A stretch of DNA of 64,000 bases from an uncultured Flavobacteriaceae bacterium (GTDB taxonomy: Bacteria > Bacteroidota > Bacteroidia > Flavobacteriales > Flavobacteriaceae): positions 6,067 through 70,066 of the forward strand of contig CALGUD010000150.1 of assembly GCA_937901915.1 (NCBI GenBank), written 5' to 3'. The position numbers were made by a program, and so were the translations under genes. Numbering within the stretch: the stretch's first letter is position 1; every line of letters begins with the position of its first letter. Of this stretch, positions 18,542 to 27,240 are shown piece by piece. The notes beneath the pieces are model-generated. The model searched no databases, had not been told where the DNA came from, and saw only the letters and a program-made list of their open reading frames with translations.

Positions 18542-20224
18542 TTACTCACAGGTAACTTTTTCATCCAGATATAAATCTATCCAATAATTCCTTTTTAGAT
18601 CACAAATTTCTTGTGGTATGGTAGTTAAATTATTCGATCTTAAATTTAAACTATATAAGTTAATAAGTTGCCCCATTTCAGACGGAAGTGTAGTTAGTTG
18701 ATTAGACTCTAAGTACAAAACATTTAAATTAACAAGCTGTCCTATTTCTGATGGAAGTGTGGTTAATTGATTACCGTATAAATCCAACTGCTTTAAATTA
18801 CTAAGCTTTCTAATTTCGGGTGGCAGGGTTATTAGTTTATTACTCTCTAAGTACAGTTTATTTAAATTAATAAGTTGTCCTATTTCAGCCGGGAGTGTTT
18901 CTAATTTATTTTTCCTTAAATCTAATGCAGTTAAGTTGACAAGCTGCCCTATTTCTGAAGGAAGTGTTGTTAGTTGACCATCGTAAACCTCTAAATAAGT
19001 TAAATTGACAAGTTGCCCTATTTCCGGGGGAAGCATTGTTAATTGTTGGTTATAAGATAAGGAAAGGTAAGATAAGTTAACAAGTTGTCCTATTTCTTTA
19101 GGAAGTGTTGTTAGATTATTACAATCTATGCCCAAAAGTTTTAAATTAGTTAGTTGTTCTATTTCAGCCGGGAGTGCTGATAGTGTGTTAAAAGTGACAA
19201 TTAAAGTATCTAAATTCACCAGTTGTCCTATTTCCGGAGGTAGTGTTGTGAATTTGTTATGACTTAAATTCAAATCTTTTAAATTAATAAGTTGCCATAT
19301 TTCCGGAGGTAGTGTTATTAATTCATTTTCATTTAAACTTAAATTTTTTAAGTTAACAAGTTGCCCTATTTCAGCAGGGAGGGTTTCTAATTCATTTTTC
19401 TTTAGATCCAATTTAGTTAAATTGGCAAGCTGTCCTATTTCAGAAGGAAGTGATGTTAACTGATTATAGGATAAAGTTAAATCTATTAAGTTAACGAGTT
19501 GTCCTATTTCAGGAGGAAGTGTTATTAATCGATTCTTGGATACAGACAACTGAGTTAAATCAACAAGCTTTGCTATTTCAACAGGTAGTGTTGTCAGTTG
19601 ATTGAATTTTAAATGTAATTCATTAAAATTAACAAACTGTTTTCTTTCATTAGGGAGTGTTGTAAATTCATTATTTAAATTCAAAAAAGTTAGTTTAGAA
19701 AGTTTCCCAATTTCCGGGGGCAGTGTTTTTAACTGATTATTCTCTAAAGATAGTCCAGTTAAATTAGTAAACTCTCCTATTTCCGGTGGCAGTGTTGTTA
19801 ATTCATTGGTATCTAAATTCAAATTAATTAACTTAACAAGTTGCCCAATTTCCGGGGGGAGTTTGGTTAAATGATTTTTACTTAAATCTAAGGTGTATAA
19901 ATGAACAAGCTGCCCAATTTCTGATGGCAGCACTGTTAAATTTTTATCACTTAAATCCAACTTAGTGACATTGCCATTTTTATCAGTAATAACACCTTCC
20001 CATGCCTCCATACCCTGGGCCAAAAGGTTCCAATTCAGGGTATTGTCCGGGTTGGCATTGTAAATAGCGGTTAAAGCACCTCTTTGAGACATGTTAGTTT
20101 CTTTAATTGTTATTTTATCTGTTGGTTCAGTATTTTTAGTAGTGGGGTAATTTTCATTACTATAAGAAAACGTAAAAGCAAAAGCAACAAAAAATAGTAA
20201 CAGATATATAGGTGTTTTTTTCAT
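18542..20224 (-). CDS. secreted leucine-rich-repeat protein (~20 x 23-aa LRR)
   Basis: 560 aa. Signal peptide MKKTPIYLLLFFVAFAFTFS. About 20 units of L..L.L..N.LTTLPPEIGQLVNL. DNA periodicity is 69 bp across about 18589-19963. Confidence 0.9.
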   Translation of the reverse strand: MKKTPIYLLLFFVAFAFTFSYSNENYPTTKNTEPTDKITIKETNMSQRGALTAIYNANPDNTLNWNLLAQGMEAWEGVITDKNGNVTKLDLSDKNLTVLPSEIGQLVHLYTLDLSKNHLTKLPPEIGQLVKLINLNLDTNELTTLPPEIGEFTNLTGLSLENNQLKTLPPEIGKLSKLTFLNLNNEFTTLPNERKQFVNFNELHLKFNQLTTLPVEIAKLVDLTQLSVSKNRLITLPPEIGQLVNLIDLTLSYNQLTSLPSEIGQLANLTKLDLKKNELETLPAEIGQLVNLKNLSLNENELITLPPEIWQLINLKDLNLSHNKFTTLPPEIGQLVNLDTLIVTFNTLSALPAEIEQLTNLKLLGIDCNNLTTLPKEIGQLVNLSYLSLSYNQQLTMLPPEIGQLVNLTYLEVYDGQLTTLPSEIGQLVNLTALDLRKNKLETLPAEIGQLINLNKLYLESNKLITLPPEIRKLSNLKQLDLYGNQLTTLPSEIGQLVNLNVLYLESNQLTTLPSEMGQLINLYSLNLRSNNLTTIPQEICDLKRNYWIDLYLDEKVTCE

Positions 20225-20304
20225 GATTGTCTTGGAATGAATATTTTAAAGTGTAAAATTACAGATTGCCAAAAGATTAAACATCCCTATAAATGAGTAT
20301 ATTA

Positions 20305-20338
20305 CAAAAATGAACCCTCCTTAAATTAATAGGGAGGG
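20305..20338 (-). terminator. rho-independent terminator after the DUF1266-like gene
   Basis: Stem ccctcc/ggaggg (20315-20320 / 20333-20338). The minus strand continues ttcaTTTTTgt. Sequence is nearly the same as the terminator at 18484-18518. Confidence 0.55.
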
Positions 20339-20389
20339 CTCTTTAAAAATTATAATTCATTATTGGCAGGTAACTCCTAAATGCTTTTG

Positions 20390-21016
20390 TTAATTATGCA
20401 AAGGCAAAATAGTATAAATGGAATCGTCACCTTTAGTAATCTCATTTGCCAGGCTTTCAAACTCTGCCGTTTCATCATTTTCAGGATCCCATTCTTGCCT
20501 TCCTGAATTAAAATCTGCATAATATTCTTCCCAGGTTTTGTATTTTTCTCTGGCCAGTGGAAGAACTTCTTTAACCATTTCTGTAGCTTCTTCTTTGGTA
20601 AGGTACTCTGCTGCATACCCAAGAGCAGCATTATTCACCAACCTCGCATAATCCCATGCTTTGTATGTATAATCCCTCGTTTTTAATTCCTCACTTTGTT
20701 CCAGTAGGCTTTCTTTATTAGTAATATCCCACCAGCTTTTTAATACACCCCTGATGTCATTTTTCTGAGAAACATCAAAAGGAAATATAAATATTTCACG
20801 GTACCCTTCTACAATTTCTTCATTGGTGGTGTATCCGGCCCCGCTAATCATTTGTTTTGTAGCATCAATGCCACCATATCCATTTACAAAATAAATACCC
20901 CCCAGCATAAAGCTGCTTAATTCATCATCCTTTATAGTTGATGAACTACAACTCTGGCTTAAAACAAATGCAGTTATCCCTGCAAAAAACAAAAGTGATT
21001 TTAATAAACATCTCAT
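20390..21016 (-). CDS. DUF1266-like lipoprotein
   Basis: 208 aa. Signal/lipobox-like N-terminus (..FVLSQSC). The segment YKAWDYARLVNNAALGYAAEYLTKEEA......W.EY resembles DUF1266 as I recall it. Confidence 0.55.
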   Translation of the reverse strand: MRCLLKSLLFFAGITAFVLSQSCSSSTIKDDELSSFMLGGIYFVNGYGGIDATKQMISGAGYTTNEEIVEGYREIFIFPFDVSQKNDIRGVLKSWWDITNKESLLEQSEELKTRDYTYKAWDYARLVNNAALGYAAEYLTKEEATEMVKEVLPLAREKYKTWEEYYADFNSGRQEWDPENDETAEFESLANEITKGDDSIYTILPLHN

Positions 21017-21213
21017 CGTTGTTATTTTTTAATTATTAAAAGTTTTTATCAAAAATCCTGGTTCAGGAGTATGATATATTTTCTGAAGCAAATGTATTGC
21101 CCCAATACAAATTACACATCACCATAAATGAGTATTTTGCACAAGAGCTTTTTCTGTTGTAAACAATAAAATATTGTACGGATAAACATATTTTTTCCTT
21201 AAACCAGTATCCT

Positions 21214-21221
21214 TACATTTG
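21214..21221 (+). promoter_or_regulatory. -7 promoter box (TACATTTG) immediately before tilS
   Basis: Exact TAnnTTTG match only 4 nt before the ATG at 21226. This would imply a leaderless or near-leaderless mRNA. Confidence 0.3.
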
Positions 21222-21225
21222 CAAT

Positions 21226-22533
21226 ATGCTTACAGAGTTCAAAAAATATATTATACAGGACTTTCCTTTTCTGCTTAATTCAAAACTACTCATTGCAGTC
21301 AGTGGGGGGGTAGATAGCATTGTTCTGGCCCATCTTTGTTATAAGTCCGGGTTTTATATTGCATTAGCGCATTGCAATTTTAATTTACGGGGAGAAGAAA
21401 GTGATGCCGATGAAAAATTTGTAGCGGATTTTGCTAACAGGTTAGGCGTTGAGGTTTTTATTGAAAGTTTTGATACCCGGGAATACGTAAAAGAGAATAA
21501 AGTTTCAACTCAAATAGCGGCGAGGGAACTCCGATATGAATGGTTTATTGATTTAAGTAATGCTTTAAAATTTGATTATATTTTAACAGCCCACCAGGCA
21601 GATGATAACCTGGAAACATTTTTAATTAATTTGTCCCGCGGTACAGGGTTGGATGGTTTAATAGGAATCCCATCAATAAATAACAACATCATAAGGCCTT
21701 TACTTCCTTTTTCCAGAGAAGATGTACTCGGGTATGCAAAAGAAAATGAGCTGGAATGGCGGGAGGACAGCACTAATCAGGAAACAAAGTACCTGCGGAA
21801 TAAGTTAAGGCATGAAGTAGTTCCGATGCTAAAGGAGATCAATCCGGCTTTCCTTTCTAATTTTCAAAATACGGTCAATTATTTAAAAGGTACTTCTGAA
21901 ATTTTAAAAAATCACATCGCTGAAATTAGGTCAAAGCTATTCTTAATTAAAGATGGTACGATTAAAATTCCGGTGAATGAACTTTTAAAATTAAAGCCTA
22001 AAAAGGCTTATTTATATGCCATTTTTAAAGAGTATGGTTTTACCGAATGGAATGATGTGGAATCATTATTAGAAGCCGGAAGCGGAAAACAAATATTTTC
22101 GTCTGACTACAGAATGATAAAAGACCGGGATTATATATATATTGACTCACTTTTACCAATCACTGAAGATATAGAATATGAAATTCCAGAAGAAGAACAA
22201 CACATTTTAACCCCCGTTGCACTAAGTTTTTCAAAAGTTAATCAGTTAAAGGCAGAACATGAGAAAACAATTTATGCAGATAAAAAAAAGTTAAAGTTTC
22301 CTTTAATTGTAAGGAAAAGAAAAGAAGGTGACTATTTTTATCCGTTCGGTATGGAAGGAAAAAAAAAGTTGAGCAAGTTCTTTAAAGACGAAAAATATTC
22401 AATTTTAGATAAGGAAAACCAATGGTTACTCTGTTCAGACAATGAAATTGTATGGGTTATTGGAAAACGGGCAGACAACCGCTTTAAAGTAACCCCATCA
22501 ACAACCGAAATAATTAAAATTAAGCTACATTAA
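21226..22533 (+). CDS. tilS: tRNA(Ile)-lysidine synthetase
   Basis: 435 aa. PP-loop motif SGGVDS. Confidence 0.9.
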   Translation: MLTEFKKYIIQDFPFLLNSKLLIAVSGGVDSIVLAHLCYKSGFYIALAHCNFNLRGEESDADEKFVADFANRLGVEVFIESFDTREYVKENKVSTQIAARELRYEWFIDLSNALKFDYILTAHQADDNLETFLINLSRGTGLDGLIGIPSINNNIIRPLLPFSREDVLGYAKENELEWREDSTNQETKYLRNKLRHEVVPMLKEINPAFLSNFQNTVNYLKGTSEILKNHIAEIRSKLFLIKDGTIKIPVNELLKLKPKKAYLYAIFKEYGFTEWNDVESLLEAGSGKQIFSSDYRMIKDRDYIYIDSLLPITEDIEYEIPEEEQHILTPVALSFSKVNQLKAEHEKTIYADKKKLKFPLIVRKRKEGDYFYPFGMEGKKKLSKFFKDEKYSILDKENQWLLCSDNEIVWVIGKRADNRFKVTPSTTEIIKIKLH

Positions 22534-24485
22534 TGAAACAATTATTTTTACTTTTTACGTTTTTCGGATTTTTATTTTTGAGTGCCCAGGATTTTAAAGA
22601 ACCGGTTACTTGGAGTTATTCGGTAAACAAAATAAATGATGTTGAGTACGATCTTATTTTTAATGCGGATATAGATAAAGACTGGCATGTATACTCCCAG
22701 TTTACACCCGATGGCGGAGCCCTTCCAACGGAAATAACATTTATAAAGACTGGCGACGACTTTGAATTGGTAGGTAATGCAAAAGAGAGTGTTACCTATA
22801 CAGAATACAGCGAAATTTTTGAAGTTGATGAGGTGTTTTTTAAAGATTCTGCCACAATAACCCAACGGATAAAACTTCTTAAAAATGATATCAATGCAAT
22901 TCAGGGAAATATTTTTTACCAGGCATGTATAGATAAATGTATAAGCCGGGATGAGGATTTTGTTTTTTCCCTGGATGGTAGTGCAGTAGATGTCGTACAG
23001 AAAGAGGTTGATGAAAAAAGCTTTGAAATCACTCAAAACCTTACATTACCTTTTACAAATGCAGAAGAAATTGTGGATGCCGCAAAAGAAGATGAAAAAG
23101 GTAAAGGCCTCACCGGCATTTTTATCCTTGGTTTTTTAGGGGGATTAATTGCTTTGTTAACTCCTTGTGTGTTTCCTATGATCCCCTTAACAGTATCGTT
23201 TTTTACAAAACGGGCAAAGGATCGTAAAAAGGGAATAAAGAATTCAATTTTATACGGACTATTTATAATAGGAATTTATCTGGCACTTAGTATTCCATTC
23301 CATTTTATAGACACTTTAGATCCGGAAATTCTCAATACCATTTCGACTAACGTATGGTTAAATATCTTATTTTTCGTCATTTTTGTATTCTTCGCATTTT
23401 CATTTTTCGGATATTATGAATTAACCTTGCCCAATTCATGGGCTAATAAAATGGATTCAGCTTCCAATATTGGTGGTGTTATGGGGATTTTCTTTATGGC
23501 ACTTACACTTGCTATCGTATCATTCTCATGTACTGGCCCAATTTTAGGGTCTTTACTGGCAGGATCATTGTCTGCTGACGGTGGAGCCGGCCAGTTAACA
23601 GCAGGTATGACAGGATTTGGGGCTGCTCTCGCATTACCATTTGCTTTATTTGCATTATTTCCAAACTGGTTAAATTCATTGCCAAAATCAGGTGGGTGGA
23701 TGACAACCACAAAAGTGGTTCTAGGCTTTTTAGAACTGGCTTTGGCTTTTAAATTTTTAAGCAATGCAGATTTGGTTGTTCACGGGGGACTTCTAAAAAG
23801 GGAAGTATTTATAGGAATATGGGTAGTTGTTTTTGCACTGCTTACCTTATATTTATTTGGTATCATCAGGTTTCCTCATGACGGCCCTAAAGCCAAACTT
23901 CCTAAAATAAGGTTGGGTACAGGTATTGTGAGTGCTGTATTTACAATATACCTCACTTTAGGGTTATTTGGCTATAATCATTTAAAATTGCTCAGTGGCT
24001 TCCCACCACCTGCATTTTATAGCATATTTGAGCAGAAAAGCGATTGTCCGCTGGGACTCAACTGTTTTAAAGATTTTGATGAAGGTTTTGCCTATGCCAA
24101 AGCGAATAACAAACCGATTTTACTCGATTTTACCGGTTGGGCCTGTGTAAACTGCCGGAAAATGGAAGAAAACGTATGGAGTGAGAACAGGATATATAAC
24201 CTGTTAAATGAGAATTATGTATTGATTTCCTTATATGTTGACGACAGGAAAGAATTACCCGAACAAGATCAGTTTAATTATCAATTTGAAAGCGGAAGGG
24301 TAAAAACCATTAAAACTATAGGCGATAAATGGGCTACATTTCAATCCCTTAATTTTAAAACTGCCTCCCAACCGTATTATGTTCTCATGTCCCCTGATTT
24401 TGAAATATTAAACTCACCCATACAATATACCGATGCTGATACATACTATGACTGGCTCCTGGAAGGGTTGGAGAATGCTAATTAA
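22533..24485 (+). CDS. dsbD: thiol:disulfide interchange protein DsbD-like
   Basis: 650 aa. N-terminal periplasmic domain, multi-TM core with LTPCVFPMIP, and a C-terminal thioredoxin fold with WACVNC. Confidence 0.85.
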   Translation: MKQLFLLFTFFGFLFLSAQDFKEPVTWSYSVNKINDVEYDLIFNADIDKDWHVYSQFTPDGGALPTEITFIKTGDDFELVGNAKESVTYTEYSEIFEVDEVFFKDSATITQRIKLLKNDINAIQGNIFYQACIDKCISRDEDFVFSLDGSAVDVVQKEVDEKSFEITQNLTLPFTNAEEIVDAAKEDEKGKGLTGIFILGFLGGLIALLTPCVFPMIPLTVSFFTKRAKDRKKGIKNSILYGLFIIGIYLALSIPFHFIDTLDPEILNTISTNVWLNILFFVIFVFFAFSFFGYYELTLPNSWANKMDSASNIGGVMGIFFMALTLAIVSFSCTGPILGSLLAGSLSADGGAGQLTAGMTGFGAALALPFALFALFPNWLNSLPKSGGWMTTTKVVLGFLELALAFKFLSNADLVVHGGLLKREVFIGIWVVVFALLTLYLFGIIRFPHDGPKAKLPKIRLGTGIVSAVFTIYLTLGLFGYNHLKLLSGFPPPAFYSIFEQKSDCPLGLNCFKDFDEGFAYAKANNKPILLDFTGWACVNCRKMEENVWSENRIYNLLNENYVLISLYVDDRKELPEQDQFNYQFESGRVKTIKTIGDKWATFQSLNFKTASQPYYVLMSPDFEILNSPIQYTDADTYYDWLLEGLENAN

Positions 24486-24487
24486 GA

Positions 24488-24590
24488 ATTTTGAATGCAG
24501 AATGAAGAATTATGTTGGATGATAGATGTCCGGTGTCGGATGCTGATTTAAAATTGAATATTTAAGATTGAAAATTCCAAAACCCAACCA
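24488..24590. repeat. ~100-bp intergenic repeat element, copy E1
   Basis: gaatgcagaatgaagaattatgttggatgatagatgtccggtgtcggatgctgatttaaaattgaa...agattgaaaattccaaa. By eye it matches the reverse complement of 38516-38615 over most of its length. Confidence 0.8.
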
Positions 24591-24841
24591 CAAAGCTTAA
24601 TCAATTAAATATTGGAAAACATTCGTGAACCCGCCTACCGGCCGGCAGATTAGTGGCAAGAAAAAAACCATTATCAACAACCCGATTACACGATTACACT
24701 CCCGAAAATTCGGGACAACAATTAAACAAAACTTCAAGGACCAAATTCCAAATTCGATACACCATTCAACCTAATCGACAACTCATAAACATCCGTGAAT
24801 CCGTGGCAATTAAATTCAATTAATACATCCACGAAACAATC

Positions 24842-24857
24842 CTCCCCCATAGGGGAG
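24842..24857. repeat. GC hairpin module CTCCCC-cata-GGGGAG
   Basis: Palindromic hairpin. A second, longer copy (actccccc-ata-gggggagt) lies at 26928-26946. Confidence 0.75.
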
Positions 24858-24997
24858 CTTGCCTGCCGATAAAGGCAGGATAGATGGGGCTTATATCCAA
24901 TTAACTATTAACAATTAACAGTTCACACAAAAAGCCCATTTCCTTTTCTTCCTTTTTTATTCTATTTTTATCATGCTAATTCGAAAAATAAAACAGA

Positions 24998-26824
24998 ATG
25001 AAATCATTTTTTCCCGCTACTGTGTTTTCAGTAGTAACACTTTTAATGTTTAGTTGTAAACAAGAATCAACAACAACCCAATCTTCCGAAATTGATACCA
25101 CTGCTGAATCAGAAAAAGCCAAGGAATATTTTGACGCATATTTTGAAGATGTACTTAAAGATTCACCCGAATATCAGACATATCTCGGAATAAAAAAAGA
25201 TTATGGTAAATGGGATGACTTGTCTCCCGATGCGTATGATAAAGATCTGAAACGAAACGAGAAATATCTTCGGTTAATTAAAGACTCTGTAAACATAGAT
25301 GCATTGGATGAATCTACGGCTTTAAGCTATAAGCTCTTTAAACAAATGCTGGAAGAAGAGATCGAGGATTATAAATTCCGTTTTCATAATTACCCGGTAA
25401 ATCAAATGTTTGGAGCTCAATCCAGTAAACCTGCTTTTTTAATCAATATGCACAGAATAGATAGTATTTCAGATGCAGAAGCATATATTTCGAGGTTGAA
25501 TGGCTTTGAAGAAATGTTCTCCCAACTTACAGTGAGTTTAAAAGTGAGGGAAGAAAAAGGTATTATGCCACCAAAGTTTGTTTTTGATAAAGTAATTGAA
25601 GATTCAAAAAACATATTATCGGGCGAGCCTTTTGACGAAACGGGAGAAGCCAGTGCTTTGTTAGCCGACTTCAAATCCAAAGTTGATAAAATGGAAATAT
25701 CTGATGAGGATAAAAAGAGCCTTGTTAATAAAGCGAAGGAAGCCTTCTTGTCCTCTCTTAAACCGGCTTATACAAGTTTAATAGCTTTCGCAGAAGAGCA
25801 GAAACAAAGAGCAACTACAGATGATGGTGCCTGGAAATTTCCTGATGGACAAGCATTTTACAATAACGCATTAAAACGTACCACTACAACTGATCTTTCG
25901 GCCGAAGAAATTCATCAGATTGGCCTTAGTGAAGTTGAGCGTATTCATAATGAGATGAATACTATTAAAGAAACTACCGGTTTTGAAGGTACTCTGCAAG
26001 AGTTTTTTGAATTTATGAAAAAGGACAAGCAGTTTTATTATCCGGATACTGAAGAAGGGAAAGAAGAGTACCTTGCCGAGGCTGTTCATCTTATTGACAG
26101 TATGAAAACACGCCTGGATGAACTTTTTATAAAAAAACCAAAAGCAGATATTATGGTGAAAGCAGTAGAACCCTTCCGAGAAAAATCTGCAGGAAAAGCT
26201 TTTTATCAGCGTCCGGCACCCGATGGTTCAAGGCCCGGAATATATTATGCCAATTTATATGATATGGAAGGAATGCCTACCTATCAAATGGAGGCTCTGG
26301 CTTATCACGAAGGAATCCCCGGCCACCATATGCAATTGGCAATTCAACAGGAATTGGAAGATCTGCCAAAATTCAGAAAGTATGGAGGCTATACCGCTTA
26401 TACTGAGGGCTGGGGACTATATTCTGAATATATACCTAAAGAAATGGGTTTTTACAGTGATCCGTATTCAGATTTTGGCCGACTAGCTATGGAATTATGG
26501 AGAGCTTGTCGCCTGGTAGTTGATACAGGAATCCATGCCAAAAAATGGACACGTGAAGAAGGTATAGATTATTATGTGAAAAACACACCCAATGCAAAAT
26601 CAGATGCTGTTAAAATGGTAGAACGCCATATTGTAATGCCATCACAAGCAACAGCTTATAAAATTGGGATGAACAAAATACTGGAACTTCGGGAAATGGC
26701 AAAGGAAAAACTGGGAGACAAGTTTGATGTAAGAGAGTACCATGAAGTTGTATTAAGTAACGGCGCTGTGCCGCTAAACATCCTGGAAGAAATGGTGAAT
26801 CAATGGATAGAAAATAAATCTTAA
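24998..26824 (+). CDS. DUF885-family lipoprotein (putative metallopeptidase-like)
   Basis: 608 aa. Lipoprotein signal (..LLMFSC). Contains the HEGIPGHH motif characteristic of DUF885. Confidence 0.8.
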   Translation: MKSFFPATVFSVVTLLMFSCKQESTTTQSSEIDTTAESEKAKEYFDAYFEDVLKDSPEYQTYLGIKKDYGKWDDLSPDAYDKDLKRNEKYLRLIKDSVNIDALDESTALSYKLFKQMLEEEIEDYKFRFHNYPVNQMFGAQSSKPAFLINMHRIDSISDAEAYISRLNGFEEMFSQLTVSLKVREEKGIMPPKFVFDKVIEDSKNILSGEPFDETGEASALLADFKSKVDKMEISDEDKKSLVNKAKEAFLSSLKPAYTSLIAFAEEQKQRATTDDGAWKFPDGQAFYNNALKRTTTTDLSAEEIHQIGLSEVERIHNEMNTIKETTGFEGTLQEFFEFMKKDKQFYYPDTEEGKEEYLAEAVHLIDSMKTRLDELFIKKPKADIMVKAVEPFREKSAGKAFYQRPAPDGSRPGIYYANLYDMEGMPTYQMEALAYHEGIPGHHMQLAIQQELEDLPKFRKYGGYTAYTEGWGLYSEYIPKEMGFYSDPYSDFGRLAMELWRACRLVVDTGIHAKKWTREEGIDYYVKNTPNAKSDAVKMVERHIVMPSQATAYKIGMNKILELREMAKEKLGDKFDVREYHEVVLSNGAVPLNILEEMVNQWIENKS

Positions 26825-26927
26825 AATTTTTCAAGGAAGGAAATAACCAAGTTCAAGAAACTAAAGTTTACCGTCATTTCAGATTAATTCTAAATGCAAT
26901 TTATAAAGTTTTCATCTTCCCCCTCTA

Positions 26928-26946
26928 ACTCCCCCATAGGGGGAGT
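26928..26946. repeat. GC hairpin module ACTCCCCC-ata-GGGGGAGT
   Basis: Perfect 8-bp stem with 3-nt loop. Same core as 24842-24857. Confidence 0.8.
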
Positions 26947-27002
26947 ACCCATCATTAATCTTACCATGACAGGATGGAGATGAAGTAATCTGCCGTTTTT
27001 TC

Positions 27003-27028
27003 ATTGTCACCTGAGCGCACGAAGGGTG
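27003..27028. repeat. ATTGTCA-stem-GAGCGCA-stem hairpin module, copy 1
   Basis: attgtcaCCTGAGCGCACGAAGGGTG. It is paralogous to 28971-28998 (attgtcAGTTCGAGCGCAGTCGAGAACT) but has different stem sequences that still pair. Confidence 0.7.
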
Positions 27029-27112
27029 GGCGAGCTAAAGAAAGGAAAATAAAAGCCATAAAGTAAGTTTTAAATAAAATCTGCTATAATCATTCCTTAT
27101 CTTAAATAGACC

Positions 27113-27150
27113 AGAGGTTGTCCAAAAACTATTGTCAACCTCTTTTTTTG
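27113..27150 (+). terminator. rho-independent terminator ~290 nt downstream of the DUF885 gene
   Basis: Stem agaggttg/caacctct (27113-27120 / 27136-27143) followed by TTTTTTgtgTTTTTTTT. Confidence 0.6.
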
Positions 27151-27240
27151 TGTTTTTTTTAAAAGTAATCGTTTGCGTACAATCAATAATTTATGATTTT
27201 TGGTTAAATAATTTATCTTCGCAACACCAACTAATAAATT

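Noticed and set aside
20377-20631. 84-aa ORF on the same strand as, and overlapping, the DUF1266-like gene
   Set aside because: It is an alternative frame of the 3' part of the 208-aa gene. It has no independent upstream signal, and its Lys/Gln-rich composition is consistent with an out-of-frame artefact.
22572-23036. Numerous 60-150-aa ORFs antisense to or overlapping annotated genes (e.g. 541-771, 1154-1519, 1983-2291, 11300-11701, 22572-23036, 23414-23764, 42719-43012, 53283-53627)
   Set aside because: They lie entirely inside longer ORFs with clear family motifs. They have low-complexity, hydrophobic or Ile/Phe/Lys-rich composition typical of shadow frames in AT-rich DNA, and none has a recognisable motif.
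24486-24997. A structured RNA gene (RNase P RNA, tmRNA, SRP RNA or a tRNA) in the 512-bp GC-rich spacer
   Set aside because: None of the expected sequences are present: the GAGGAAAGTCC-type conserved motif, a tmRNA tag ORF or acceptor end, or a tRNA cloverleaf. The region resolves into independent short hairpin and word repeats shared with other spacers.
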